The position numbers were made by a program, and so were the translations under genes. Below the pieces are notes generated by a model that searched no databases, was not told where the DNA came from, and saw only the letters and a list, made by a program, of their open reading frames with translations. A stretch of 64,000 bases of DNA from Thermoplasmata archaeon (GTDB taxonomy: Archaea; Thermoplasmatota; SW-10-69-26; JACQPN01; JAJPHT01): assembly GCA_034667685.1 (NCBI GenBank), contig JAXDQU010000089.1, positions 21,072 through 85,071 of the forward strand, given 5' to 3'. Of the stretch, positions 8,473-17,279 are shown piece by piece. Positions within the stretch are counted from its first letter, which is position 1. Each line of letters begins with the position of its first letter.

Positions 8473-10026
8473 GTGCGACAGGCCCCGTGGCTGGCCATCG
8501 CGCTGCTGCTGGTCGTGCCGACCGCGGCGGCGTCGGTGGAGCGCGTGACGTGGACGACCAGCGCGCCGCTCGCGTGGCAAGGCGCCACCGGCGTCGAGGT
8601 CCACGGCGGCGTGCTCGCAATCGAGGACCCGCGCGCGAGCGGCGCGTGGACGTTCGACCTGGGCCGCGGCACGATCGTCGTGAGCACCTGGCGCGTCGCG
8701 CGCGTCGAGGCGCCCTCCGGCCTGGGCTCGTATGGACCGCCGATGGACGACGCCTCGCTGGAGACCTACGAGGTCAACGCGACGCGCCTCGTCGTGCGCC
8801 TGGACGACGAGCCGATGAACTTCTCCCTGGCGTCCGGCCCGGGCGGCGAGGTGCGGCTGGAGGGCGCGGCCGACGCGGCGGGCCGGCCCGTGGCGCTCGC
8901 GCGGGACCACGCGCGCTACGCCGCGAGCGAGGATATCATCGAGGGCGCGAGCCCGATGCGGCCGCCGCCCGACTACGGGTGGACGTGGCGCCAGGGCTGG
9001 CTCTTCTGCGGCCATTGGTCCGACGGGATCGGCGGCGGGTTCCCCGCGCTCGACGCGCCCACCGCGCACGCCAGCGGCCCCGCGAAGGTGAAGCTCATCG
9101 GCGGCGTCGCCACCTTCCTGGACGCGCAGGGCCGCGAGCAGACCATCGTCCTGGGCGAGCACGCCGATCCATCCGCGCCCGGCACGCCAGCGGCCCACGA
9201 GGCCGTCGACAAGCGCCTCTTCTTCGAGGGCGAGGTCCGCGCCGCCACGCTCTCGCCCTCGGGGCAGTGGGGGGTCGCGGGGCCGGCGACGTCGTGGGGC
9301 CTCGCGGGGGCGCTGACGACCACGCACGCCACGGGCGAGTACGCCGACGGCGCGGGCACGCACGCGTTCCGCGACGCGCCGATCACGGTCGAAGGGAGCT
9401 TCTCGCTCGCGCCCACGCAGGCCGGCGGGACGGCGCTCCTCGCGCCCTGGACGTACGCCGCCTCCGGTGATATCACGGCGCTCGACGTCGACGGCGTGGC
9501 CGTGGGCGAGCCCGCCCTGCCCGCCGCGGCGCCGGCGCGCGTGGCCGAGGCGACGATCGCGGGCGCGCTGCTGCTCCTCGCGGCGGTCGCGCTCTACACG
9601 CGCCTGGCGCCCAGCGACCTCCTGCGCCACGCGGGTCGCAGCCGGCTCTACGCCGAGGTGGCGCGCGAGCCGGGCATCCACCTGCGCGAGGCGGCGCGGC
9701 GCGCGGGCCTCTCGTGGAGCCCGTTGCGCTTCCACGTCGCGATGCTGCGCCGCGCGGGCATCCTGCGCCTCGAGCGCCACGGCGGGCACACGCTCCTCTA
9801 TCCCGCCAGCGCGCCGGCCCAGACGCCCGCGCCCGTGCTGCACCCCGTCGCGCAACGGATCCTGGCCGCGCTTCCCGAGGCGGGCGCGTGGATCGACGCG
9901 CCCACGCTCCAGGGGAAGGTCGGCGTCTCGCGCCAGCTCCTGAGCTACCACGTGGAGCGGCTGGCGGCGGAGGGGCATGTGCAGCGGCTCCCCGGCCGGC
10001 CGACGCTGGTGGCGCGGCGCCCCTGA
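8473..10026 (+). CDS. Membrane-anchored transcription regulator: signal peptide, large beta-rich ectodomain, TM, two winged-HTH domains
   Basis: N-terminal hydrophobic leader ending in AAA, TM (ATIAGALLLLAAVALYTRL), then RSRLYAEVAREPGIHLREAARRAGLSWSPLRFHV and a second HTH (VSRQLLSYHVERL). Confidence 0.75.
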   Translation: MRQAPWLAIALLLVVPTAAASVERVTWTTSAPLAWQGATGVEVHGGVLAIEDPRASGAWTFDLGRGTIVVSTWRVARVEAPSGLGSYGPPMDDASLETYEVNATRLVVRLDDEPMNFSLASGPGGEVRLEGAADAAGRPVALARDHARYAASEDIIEGASPMRPPPDYGWTWRQGWLFCGHWSDGIGGGFPALDAPTAHASGPAKVKLIGGVATFLDAQGREQTIVLGEHADPSAPGTPAAHEAVDKRLFFEGEVRAATLSPSGQWGVAGPATSWGLAGALTTTHATGEYADGAGTHAFRDAPITVEGSFSLAPTQAGGTALLAPWTYAASGDITALDVDGVAVGEPALPAAAPARVAEATIAGALLLLAAVALYTRLAPSDLLRHAGRSRLYAEVAREPGIHLREAARRAGLSWSPLRFHVAMLRRAGILRLERHGGHTLLYPASAPAQTPAPVLHPVAQRILAALPEAGAWIDAPTLQGKVGVSRQLLSYHVERLAAEGHVQRLPGRPTLVARRP

Positions 10027-10080
10027 GCGGAAGCGGAAACCCGATCGCCTCAAGCGCGCGCCCGGGGATGAGGGGCCGGC

Positions 10081-10713
10081 ATGCCGATCCCGGTGCCCGT
10101 CCCGCGCGAGCCGCCCCGGTACACGCTCACGCAGAGCGCCACGATCCACCTCCTGGGCGCGGCGCTCGGGTGCGCGGTCGCGCTCCTCCTGGCCGTGCTG
10201 CGGCTCTGGATCGCGGCCGCCGTCGTGCTCGCCCTCTCCGCGGGCTACTCGATCCTCCGGCTGCGCACGCGGACGGTCGTGACCGCGACGGACCGGCGCA
10301 TCCGGATCGCGGGGACCTTCGGCGAGGTCGCCATCCGCCACGAGGACGTGGGCGCGATCCGCCTGGAGCGGGACATCCTCGGCCCCAACCTCGTCATCGC
10401 GCGGCGCGATGGGAGCGAGGTCCGCGTCCGCGACGTGGCCGATCCGGCCGGCGCGGTCGCCGTCCTCGGGAGCCTCGTCCGGAGCGCCCTGGCGCCGCGG
10501 CCGACCGCCCCCTGGGGCGCCGCCCCCGCGCTCTCCCCGGAGGACCTGGTGGCGCTCGCCGCCCCGCCGCCTCCGGCCAACGCGCGCCAGGAGCCGCTGC
10601 CCGTCTTCCTGCCGCCCGAAAGCGCCGCCGAGCGCGCGGCATTGTCGGCGAAGCTCGCCCAGAAACGCGCCGTTCGTCCGGTGGATCTGAGCTTTCTCGA
10701 CCGGGACCGTTGA
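10081..10713 (+). CDS. Membrane protein with a bacterial PH-like domain
   Basis: Two N-terminal TMs followed by TVVTATDRRIRIAG...IRHEDVGAIRLER. Confidence 0.55.
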   Translation: MPIPVPVPREPPRYTLTQSATIHLLGAALGCAVALLLAVLRLWIAAAVVLALSAGYSILRLRTRTVVTATDRRIRIAGTFGEVAIRHEDVGAIRLERDILGPNLVIARRDGSEVRVRDVADPAGAVAVLGSLVRSALAPRPTAPWGAAPALSPEDLVALAAPPPPANARQEPLPVFLPPESAAERAALSAKLAQKRAVRPVDLSFLDRDR

Positions 10714-10728
10714 ACGAGCCGTCGCCAA

Positions 10729-10740
10729 GGATTAAATACC
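10729..10740 (+). promoter_or_regulatory. Putative TATA box (GGATTAAATACC)
   Basis: AT-rich TTAAATA about 33 nt upstream of the 10771 start in a very GC-rich context. Confidence 0.5.
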
Positions 10741-10770
10741 GCCCGTCCCACTCGCGCGCTGAGGCTTGTC

Positions 10771-11610
10771 ATGCGGAGTCAGGTCATGGTCGGCGCGGCG
10801 CTGGCGCTCGCCGTCCTTCTCCCGGCCGTCGCGGTCGCCACCGACCCGACCAGCGCGATCGCAGCGGTCCAGCAGAACCTCCCTTCGCAGACGCCCCAGG
10901 CCGTGAAGGACGGCCTCGCGGCCGCGCAGAACGCCGCCGGCCCCGTCGCCGGCAACCCCGCGCCCCTGCCCAACGTGGACGCCCCCCTGGGCGCCATCGG
11001 CGCCGGGCTTCCCACCTTCGCCGTCGCCGGCCTCGCCGTCGCCGGCCTCGCGGCGCTCACGGGCGCCTTCTTCATGGGCGGCGCGCGCTTCGTGACCCCG
11101 GCCGAGGTGCTGGAGAACGACGTCCGCGCGGGCATCTACACCTACCTCAAGCAGAGCGTCGGCGCCAACCTGAAGCAGGTCACCGACGAGCTGCGCCTCA
11201 CCACGACCAACGCCATCTGGCACCTCCGCAAGCTGGAGGAGGCCGGCCTGATCCACTCGCGCCGCTTCAACGGCTACAAGGTCTTCTATCCCGCCGAGGG
11301 CGGGGTCGAGGCGCGCCGCCTCTCGCTGGGCAAGACCGCCCTGGCCAACGCCAACGCCCAGGAGGTCTTCGAGCACGTGGTCGCGCACCCCGGCACGCAC
11401 CAGCGCGAGATCGCGCGGGCCCTGGGCGTCAACCACGGCACCGTCCGCTGGCACCTCAAGAAGCTCATGGACGCGGAGCTCATCGTCGAGACGCGCAAGG
11501 GCAAGGCCAGCGCGTACGAGCCCACCGCCATGGGCATGCAGGCGCTGCGCTCCGTGCAGGGCGTGCCCGCCCCCACCGCGCCTGCGGTCGAGGCGGGGTT
11601 CGCGGCGTAA
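10771..11610 (+). CDS. Membrane-anchored double winged-HTH regulator (short ectodomain)
   Basis: Signal peptide, TM, LENDVRAGIYTYLKQSVG...AIWHLRKLEEAGLI, second HTH HPGTHQREIARALGVNHGTVRWHLKKL. Confidence 0.85.
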   Translation: MRSQVMVGAALALAVLLPAVAVATDPTSAIAAVQQNLPSQTPQAVKDGLAAAQNAAGPVAGNPAPLPNVDAPLGAIGAGLPTFAVAGLAVAGLAALTGAFFMGGARFVTPAEVLENDVRAGIYTYLKQSVGANLKQVTDELRLTTTNAIWHLRKLEEAGLIHSRRFNGYKVFYPAEGGVEARRLSLGKTALANANAQEVFEHVVAHPGTHQREIARALGVNHGTVRWHLKKLMDAELIVETRKGKASAYEPTAMGMQALRSVQGVPAPTAPAVEAGFAA

Positions 11611-11613
11611 GGC

Positions 11614-11736
11614 CCCGTCTCCCCCTCTTCCCTTCTTCCCCTCTTCCCTCGCATTCCCCTCTTCCCCCAGCGTAGCCCAGGCTGGGAAGAGGGGAATGCG
11701 AGGGAAGAGGGGAAGAAGGGAAGAGGGGGAGACGGG
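11614..11736. repeat. Perfect 53-bp-arm hairpin made of polypyrimidine/polypurine 9-nt units, family R2
   Basis: 11614-11666 is the exact reverse complement of 11684-11736. A related element lies at 62811. Confidence 0.9.
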
Positions 11737-11804
11737 CGACCGGCCCACCGCCCCTCTCCAGCCCCATAAATAGGGCTTGTTTTCCAAGCATGAGGGGAGC
11801 CCCC

Positions 11805-12584
11805 ATGCGTACCGTCTGGACCCTCGCGGCCCTTTTCACGCTTCTCGCCGTCCCGCTGGCGCTCGCCGCCGGCGTCGGGCTTCCCGGCCAGACCCAGGCG
11901 CCCACGACGCCCGTCGCGGCGCCCAGCGTCCCCTCCACGGGCGGGCTCTTCCCGAACCTCGACGTCACGACCGTCGTGGCCATCGGCGCCGGCGTCGCCT
12001 TCGTGGCGGCCGTCGCGACGATGTTCTTCCTGGGCGGCGCCAAGTTCGTCAACAGCGGCAACGTCCTGGAGAACGACGCGCGCCGCCAGATCTTCGAGTA
12101 CATCCAGCAGCACCCGGGCATCCACCTGCGCGCTGCGGCCACGCAACTGAGCCTCAGCACGACCAACGTGCTCTGGCACCTGCGCAAGCTGGAGGACGCG
12201 AACCTCGTCACGTCCAAGAAGTTCGAGGGGTACAAGGTGTTCTACCCCGTCGAGGGCGGCGTCGAGACCAAGCGCCGCGCCATCGCCGCCTCCGTGCTCA
12301 AGAACGAGAACGCCGTCGCGATCCTGGAGTACGTCACCGCGCACCCCAGCGCGCACCAGCGCGAGATCGCCCGCGCCATGGGCGTCAACCACGGCACGGT
12401 CCGCTGGCACCTCCGCAAGCTGGAGGAGGCCGAGCTCGTCATGCCCATGAAGCGCGAGCACACGACCCATTACTACGTCTCCGAGCTGGGCCACACGGCG
12501 CTCTCGGGCTTCGGCTCGGCAGCAACCGTCTCGCCCGCGCCCGCGGCGCCGCCCGCGGCCAAGATCCCGGGCGACGAGCCGTGA
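11805..12584 (+). CDS. Membrane-anchored double winged-HTH regulator, paralog of 10771
   Basis: Same architecture, sharing LENDxR, WHLRKLE, GYKVFYPxEGGVE and HQREIARAxGVNHGTVRWHL. An alternative start lies at 11790. Confidence 0.85.
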   Translation: MRTVWTLAALFTLLAVPLALAAGVGLPGQTQAPTTPVAAPSVPSTGGLFPNLDVTTVVAIGAGVAFVAAVATMFFLGGAKFVNSGNVLENDARRQIFEYIQQHPGIHLRAAATQLSLSTTNVLWHLRKLEDANLVTSKKFEGYKVFYPVEGGVETKRRAIAASVLKNENAVAILEYVTAHPSAHQREIARAMGVNHGTVRWHLRKLEEAELVMPMKREHTTHYYVSELGHTALSGFGSAATVSPAPAAPPAAKIPGDEP

Positions 12585-12714
12585 ATCAAGGCTTGGACCG
12601 TGAACATCTTCGAGCCTTGGCCGGGCTTGGATAGACACTAGGGAGAGCCCTTATTTCCTCCGAGGTTGTCGTGGGCGCGGGAGGCATTCTCTGCCTGCCA
12701 ACGGAGGAACAAGC

Positions 12715-13026
12715 ATGAACAAGATGTACACCGTTCTCCTGGCTCTCGCGGCCTTCGCGCTGCTCGTGCCCGCCCAGGCCACCGCGCCCTGCTACACGAC
12801 CTCGACGCCCCAGGCGACCGTCCCCGACGCGACCGGCCAGGTCGGCGGCGACCTGTACGTGGTCAACGACCTCTGCCAGCCCGTCGTGGGCGACGGCAGC
12901 TGCATCTACAGCATCTGGGTCTACGAGGAGTCCAACGGCATCTCCGGTCTCCAGCGCGGCGACGAGGTCCAGAACGACGTCGCCAACTGCACCGACGGCA
13001 CCGCCGCGGACACGGACATCTTCTGA
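12715..13026 (+). CDS. Small secreted protein, tandem copy 1 (103 aa, 4 Cys)
   Basis: GGAGG RBS, signal peptide ending AQA, WVYEESNGISGLQR motif, downstream 9-bp stem-loop at 13037-13058. Confidence 0.85.
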   Translation: MNKMYTVLLALAAFALLVPAQATAPCYTTSTPQATVPDATGQVGGDLYVVNDLCQPVVGDGSCIYSIWVYEESNGISGLQRGDEVQNDVANCTDGTAADTDIF

Positions 13027-13176
13027 GTCGTTTTTCCGGGGGCGCCTCCGCGCCCCCGATCCTACTTCTTGGACTCGCATAGGGTCCCCCGAGAGACTAT
13101 TTGTCACGCCCTGGCGTGCAGCCTGTTGGGTGCGCGGCGCCGCAAGGCGAGGCGCGCCCGAATCGGAGGCTAAACC

Positions 13177-13488
13177 ATGAACAAAATGTACACCGTTCTC
13201 CTGGCGCTTGCCGCGGTCGCCCTGCTCGTCCCGGCCCAGGCCACCGCCCCGTGCTACACGACCTCGACGCCCCAGGCGACCGTCCCCGACGCGACCGGCC
13301 AGGTCGGCGGCGACATCTACGTCGTGAACGACCTCTGCCAGCCCGTCGTGGGCGACGGCAGCTGCATCCAGTCCGACTGGATCTACGAGGAGTCCAACGG
13401 CCTCGCCGGTCTCCAGCGCGGCGACGAAGTCCAGAACGACGTCGCCAACTGCACCGACGGCACCACGGCCGACACGGACATCTTCTAA
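13177..13488 (+). CDS. Small secreted protein, tandem copy 2 (95 of 103 aa identical to copy 1)
   Basis: GGAGG RBS and manual alignment with copy 1. Confidence 0.85.
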   Translation: MNKMYTVLLALAAVALLVPAQATAPCYTTSTPQATVPDATGQVGGDIYVVNDLCQPVVGDGSCIQSDWIYEESNGLAGLQRGDEVQNDVANCTDGTTADTDIF

Positions 13489-13497
13489 GAAAGCGCC

Positions 13498-13529
13498 CTT
13501 GCGCGGGCGCGCTCAAGCGCCCGCGCAAG
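13498..13529 (+). terminator. 13-bp GC stem-loop after peptide copy 2
   Basis: cttgcgcgggcgc-gctcaa-gcgcccgcgcaag. Confidence 0.45.
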
Positions 13530-13570
13530 AAGCGTTATGACCGGGCGCCCGCATGGTCGGCAGAACCCCC

Positions 13571-14170
13571 ATGCGCATGGCTGGCCCGGACGTCGTGCTT
13601 TTCATCGTGGGTGCCCTGCTCTTCGGCGGCGCCCTGACCGCGATCATCGTCACGCAGGGCCCCGGCGCCTTCAGCGGGACGGCCGGCGGCGCCGGCCTCT
13701 TCACCGTGAGCTGGCCCATGCAGTCGAAGGACATGCCCAAGGCGACCGTGGGCGACTTCGCCGCGGCCTCGGCCACGTTCAAGGTGACGGACGCCAACGT
13801 GGCGAACGTCACGGTCAAGATCGACTGCTCGGACAGCGTCCCGGGCGGCGTCGCGCCCTTCGCCCTCTCCGTCACCGTCGCCGGCCCCCAGGGCCAGAGC
13901 GGCAAGAAGGACGGCAACTGCGGCGACGCGATCAACGTCCCCATCCACGTGCAGGACGCGCCGCCGGGCACCACCGTCGCGAACGCCGACCAGGTCCAGG
14001 CCAGCAGCTCGACGCTGGGCCAGGGCGACTGGAAGGTCACCGTGACCGGCGCGCGCGGCTCCCCCGCGGGCGGCCTGCCCGGGCTCCCCGTCACGCAGGC
14101 CGACCCGAGCGGCGACATCGCGTTCTCCGTCCAGACCTTCGCGCCCAAGCTCGACCCGATCGCGAAGTGA
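13571..14170 (+). CDS. Membrane-anchored extracellular protein, hypothetical
   Basis: N-terminal TM, beta-rich remainder with 2 Cys. GAGGTGA at its end serves as the RBS for the permease. Confidence 0.65.
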   Translation: MRMAGPDVVLFIVGALLFGGALTAIIVTQGPGAFSGTAGGAGLFTVSWPMQSKDMPKATVGDFAAASATFKVTDANVANVTVKIDCSDSVPGGVAPFALSVTVAGPQGQSGKKDGNCGDAINVPIHVQDAPPGTTVANADQVQASSSTLGQGDWKVTVTGARGSPAGGLPGLPVTQADPSGDIAFSVQTFAPKLDPIAK

Positions 14171-14182
14171 GGTGATCGTCCC

Positions 14183-15787
14183 ATGTCCCTCCTGAAGCGC
14201 AGCCTCGCCCGCTACGGCCTGAAGAAGAGCCCCGAGGACGTCATCGAGCAGGCCAACGATCCCTCCAAGTCGCTCAAGAAGAGCCTCACCGCGTTCGACC
14301 TCACGATCCTCGGCGTGGGCGCGATCATCGGCGCGGGCATCTTCGCCTACGCCGGCCTCGGCGCGCAGATCGCCGGCCCGCACATCATCTACAGCTTCAT
14401 CCTCGTGGGATTCATCTGCGCCCTCGCGGGCCTCGCCTACGCGGAGATGGCTGCGGCCATCCCGACGTCCGGCAGCGCCTACGCCTACACGTACAGCGCG
14501 CTGGGCGAGACGATGGCGTGGATCCTCGGCTGGGCCCTCGTGCTCGAATACGCCGTGGGCGCCGCGGGCGTCGCCATCGCGTGGAGCGCCAACTTCACCG
14601 CGTTCGTGCAGAGCGTCTTCGGCGTCACGCTGCCCGCGACGTTCACCGCGTCGCCCGCCAACGGCGGCTTCGTCGACCTGCCCGCCATGCTCCTCGTCGC
14701 CGCCATCGCGACCGTCCTCGTCATCGGCTCGAAGGAGAGCGCGAAGGCCGCCGGCGTCATGGTCGCGATCAAGCTCGCCATCATCGCCGTCATCATCGGC
14801 GTGGGCCTCTTCTTCGTAAAGGGCGCCAACCTCGCGCTCTCCCCGCCCCCCTCGCCCTCGGGCGCGTGGTACGCGACGCTGGGCGTCGTGGGCCCCATCC
14901 TCGCGGGCGGCGCGATCATCTTCTTCGCCTACATCGGCTTCGACGCCGTGAGCACCACCGCCGAGGAGACGAAGCGCCCCAAGCGCGACCTGCCCATCGG
15001 CATCCTCGCGAGCCTGGGCATCTGCACCGCGCTCTACATCCTCGCCAGCCTCGTGCTCATGGGCATGGTGCCCTACACCGACTTCCTGCCCGACTGCGCC
15101 AACGTCGCGGCGGGCGTCGCGTGCGCGCCGGGCAACGGCCTCTCCGTCACCGCCGCGGCGGCCCACCTCGGCCAGCCCTTCGGCTACGCGTTCGACCACG
15201 CCGGCATCGCGTGGGCGGCCAACCTCATCCGCATCGGCGCGATCGTGGGCATCGCCTCCGTCGAGATGGTGCTCCTGCTGGGCGGCCCGCGCGTGTTCTT
15301 CGCGCTCGCCCGCGACGGCCTGCTCCCGAAGTCCTGGAGCGCCGTCCACGGCAAGTTCGGCACGCCCCACCGCACGACCGTCGGCGTCGCCATCGGCGTC
15401 ATGCTCGTCGCGGGCTTCGGCACGCTCCAGTTCGCGGGCCAGGTCACGAACGTCGGCACGCTCTTCGCCTTCGTCTGCGTCTGCATCGGCGTCGTCGTGC
15501 TGCGCTACGCGAAGCCCGACCTGCCGCGCCCCTTCAAGGTCCCGCTCAACATCGGCCGCTTCCCCGTCCTCGCGGCGCTGGGCGCCGTCACGTGCGCGAT
15601 GCTCGCCCTCGCGCTCTCGCCCATGACGCTGCTGCTCTTCGTCCTCTGGATGGGGCTCGGCCTCGTCATCTACTCGCTCTACGGCATCCGCCGGAGCCAC
15701 CTCTTCGGCCACGTCGGGCGCGAGGAGAAGCCGCTGGCGCCCGTGGATGCGGAGATCGTGCTCGAAGAGCTTCCTCCGAGCGGCTAG
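14183..15787 (+). CDS. APC-family amino acid permease (cationic amino acid transporter/YhdG-like)
   Basis: LGVGAIIGAGIF, YAEMAAAIPTSGSAY, FFAYIGFDAVSTTAEE, RVFFALARDGLLP, RPFKVP. Confidence 0.93.
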   Translation: MSLLKRSLARYGLKKSPEDVIEQANDPSKSLKKSLTAFDLTILGVGAIIGAGIFAYAGLGAQIAGPHIIYSFILVGFICALAGLAYAEMAAAIPTSGSAYAYTYSALGETMAWILGWALVLEYAVGAAGVAIAWSANFTAFVQSVFGVTLPATFTASPANGGFVDLPAMLLVAAIATVLVIGSKESAKAAGVMVAIKLAIIAVIIGVGLFFVKGANLALSPPPSPSGAWYATLGVVGPILAGGAIIFFAYIGFDAVSTTAEETKRPKRDLPIGILASLGICTALYILASLVLMGMVPYTDFLPDCANVAAGVACAPGNGLSVTAAAAHLGQPFGYAFDHAGIAWAANLIRIGAIVGIASVEMVLLLGGPRVFFALARDGLLPKSWSAVHGKFGTPHRTTVGVAIGVMLVAGFGTLQFAGQVTNVGTLFAFVCVCIGVVVLRYAKPDLPRPFKVPLNIGRFPVLAALGAVTCAMLALALSPMTLLLFVLWMGLGLVIYSLYGIRRSHLFGHVGREEKPLAPVDAEIVLEELPPSG

Positions 15788-15813
15788 CGCTCGACCCCTT
15801 CGTTTTCGTCGCG

Positions 15814-15904
15814 CTCCGCCTCCAGCCACGGAGGACACAGAGGTCACAGAGGACGAGAAAAGCCGCCTCTGTGACCTCTGTGTCCTCCGTGGCTGGAGGC
15901 GGAG
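15814..15904. repeat. Perfect 39-bp-arm hairpin, family R3 (CACAGAGG units)
   Basis: ctccgcctccagccacggaggacacagaggtcacagagg, 13-nt loop, exact reverse complement. A second copy lies at 27378. Confidence 0.9.
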
Positions 15905-16075
15905 AGCCGGCGTACAACAAGCAGCAAAGAGGACCGCCTGGGAGCGCAGTTGCATGCACCCCGACGTCCCCCGCAGCAACCTCACCGGCTTCGCGCAGAC
16001 GACCGCCGTCCTGGCGTTCCTGGCGAACAAGAACCTCGCCGTGGGCGGCGGCTACGTGGTCCGCTGAATTCCCCT

Positions 16076-16432
16076 TCACGATTCTGGTTGGTCACTCCGG
16101 CTCGCGCCCGCCTTCGGTGGCGGCGCGGGTCGTTCCCGCAACGCGGCGACGAGCGCTTCGAGCGCCGCGACATACGCGCGCCAGGCCGCGCGCCCTTCCT
16201 CCGTCATCGCGATGACGCGCCCGCGCCGCTTCGCGACGATGGCGTCGCGCTGCGTCACGTAGCCCGCCTTCTCGAGCGCGTCGAGGTGCGTCGCGAGGTT
16301 GCCTGCGGTCAGGCCGGTCGCGCCGCGCAGCGCGGCGAAGCGCATGCGCTCGCTCGCGACGAGCCGGCTGGCGATCGCGATGCGCGCCGGCGCGTGGTAG
16401 GCCGGGTCGAGCCGCGGCAGGGGCACGCTCAT
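16076..16432 (-). CDS. Winged-helix transcription regulator (MarR/ArsR-like, HTH_34 type)
   Basis: LDPAYHAPARIAIASRL...FAALRGATGLTAGNLATHLDALEKAGYV...MTEEGRAA, overlapping the upstream stop (ATGA). Confidence 0.85.
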   Translation of the reverse strand: MSVPLPRLDPAYHAPARIAIASRLVASERMRFAALRGATGLTAGNLATHLDALEKAGYVTQRDAIVAKRRGRVIAMTEEGRAAWRAYVAALEALVAALRERPAPPPKAGASRSDQPES

Positions 16433-17037
16433 GCGGCGCTCCGCGCGCGGCGCCAACCCACGAGCGCGAAGGCGGCGCCGACCGCCGCGAGGCCGATCTC
16501 GATGCGGGCGTCGCCCGTCGCCGGCGTGAGCAGCACGAGACCAAAGGCCGCGAGGAGCGCCGCGAGCGCCGCGTGCGTGGCGTCCTTGCCGCGCGCGGCC
16601 TGGAACGCGACGAACGCCGCGCCGCCCATCACGGCGAGCCCGACGTTGAGATCGGGCCGGTCGAAGGCGAACGTCGCGAGGACGACCGCGAGCGCCGTCG
16701 CGAGGAGCGCGACCCAGCGCCACGGCGCGGCGACGCCCCAGAGCGCGTCGGGCTGCACCTGGAGGCGGCGGAACGCGAGGCGCCGCAGCCCGAAGGCGAC
16801 GAGCAGCGTCAGCGCGATCATGCCCACCATGCCCCAGAGCCGGAGCGTGCCCCGCCCGCGCCCCGCCCAGAGCGGCTCGTAGGCGAAGGGCGCGACCGCG
16901 AGCGCGAGGGCGCACAGGCTCACGCCCAGCGCGGCCTGGTAGGCGCCGGCGCGTCGCGCGCGCTCGCGGTCGGTCCAGCCGCGGGCTTCGTTCAAGGCGT
17001 CCTGCGCGGCGCGCACGTCGGAGGGGAGCGGGTCCAT
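16429..17037 (-). CDS. Membrane protein (about 6 TM) co-transcribed with the wHTH regulator
   Basis: GGAGG RBS before MDPLPSD and hydrophobic segments. Confidence 0.65.
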   Translation of the reverse strand: MDPLPSDVRAAQDALNEARGWTDRERARRAGAYQAALGVSLCALALAVAPFAYEPLWAGRGRGTLRLWGMVGMIALTLLVAFGLRRLAFRRLQVQPDALWGVAAPWRWVALLATALAVVLATFAFDRPDLNVGLAVMGGAAFVAFQAARGKDATHAALAALLAAFGLVLLTPATGDARIEIGLAAVGAAFALVGWRRARSAA

Positions 17038-17206
17038 CGCCTCCTGCATGCGCTTGCAGGGCTTCAACCGGGCACGAAGTTTCCCTCGGAAACAGCGCGC
17101 CCTTCGGCGATCCCGGGAGAGCCTTCTTGAACGAAGCCCGCCCTCGGCCCGGCGTGGCGCGCAGGAAGGAGCTTCCGGGCGAGGAGCTGAGCACGGAATT
17201 CAAGCC

Positions 17207-17279
17207 CCTCAGCCTCCCCCCGCCCCCCTCCGCCTCCCCCAGCCTCCCTCCGCCTCCCCCAGCCTCCCCCGGCCTCCCC
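17207..17279. repeat. Degenerate 10-nt tandem repeat (GCCTCCCCCA-like) at the hel308 5' end
   Basis: cagcctcccccgcccccctccgcctcccccagcctccctccgcctcccccagcctccccc. Confidence 0.7.

Noticed and set aside
8179-10728. Very long Arg/Ala/Gly-rich ORFs (this 849-aa one, 3198-5717, 13535-16030, 17064-19469, 36523-40242, 61035-63557 and others)
   Set aside because: They are shadow frames of real genes in high-GC DNA and show no motifs.
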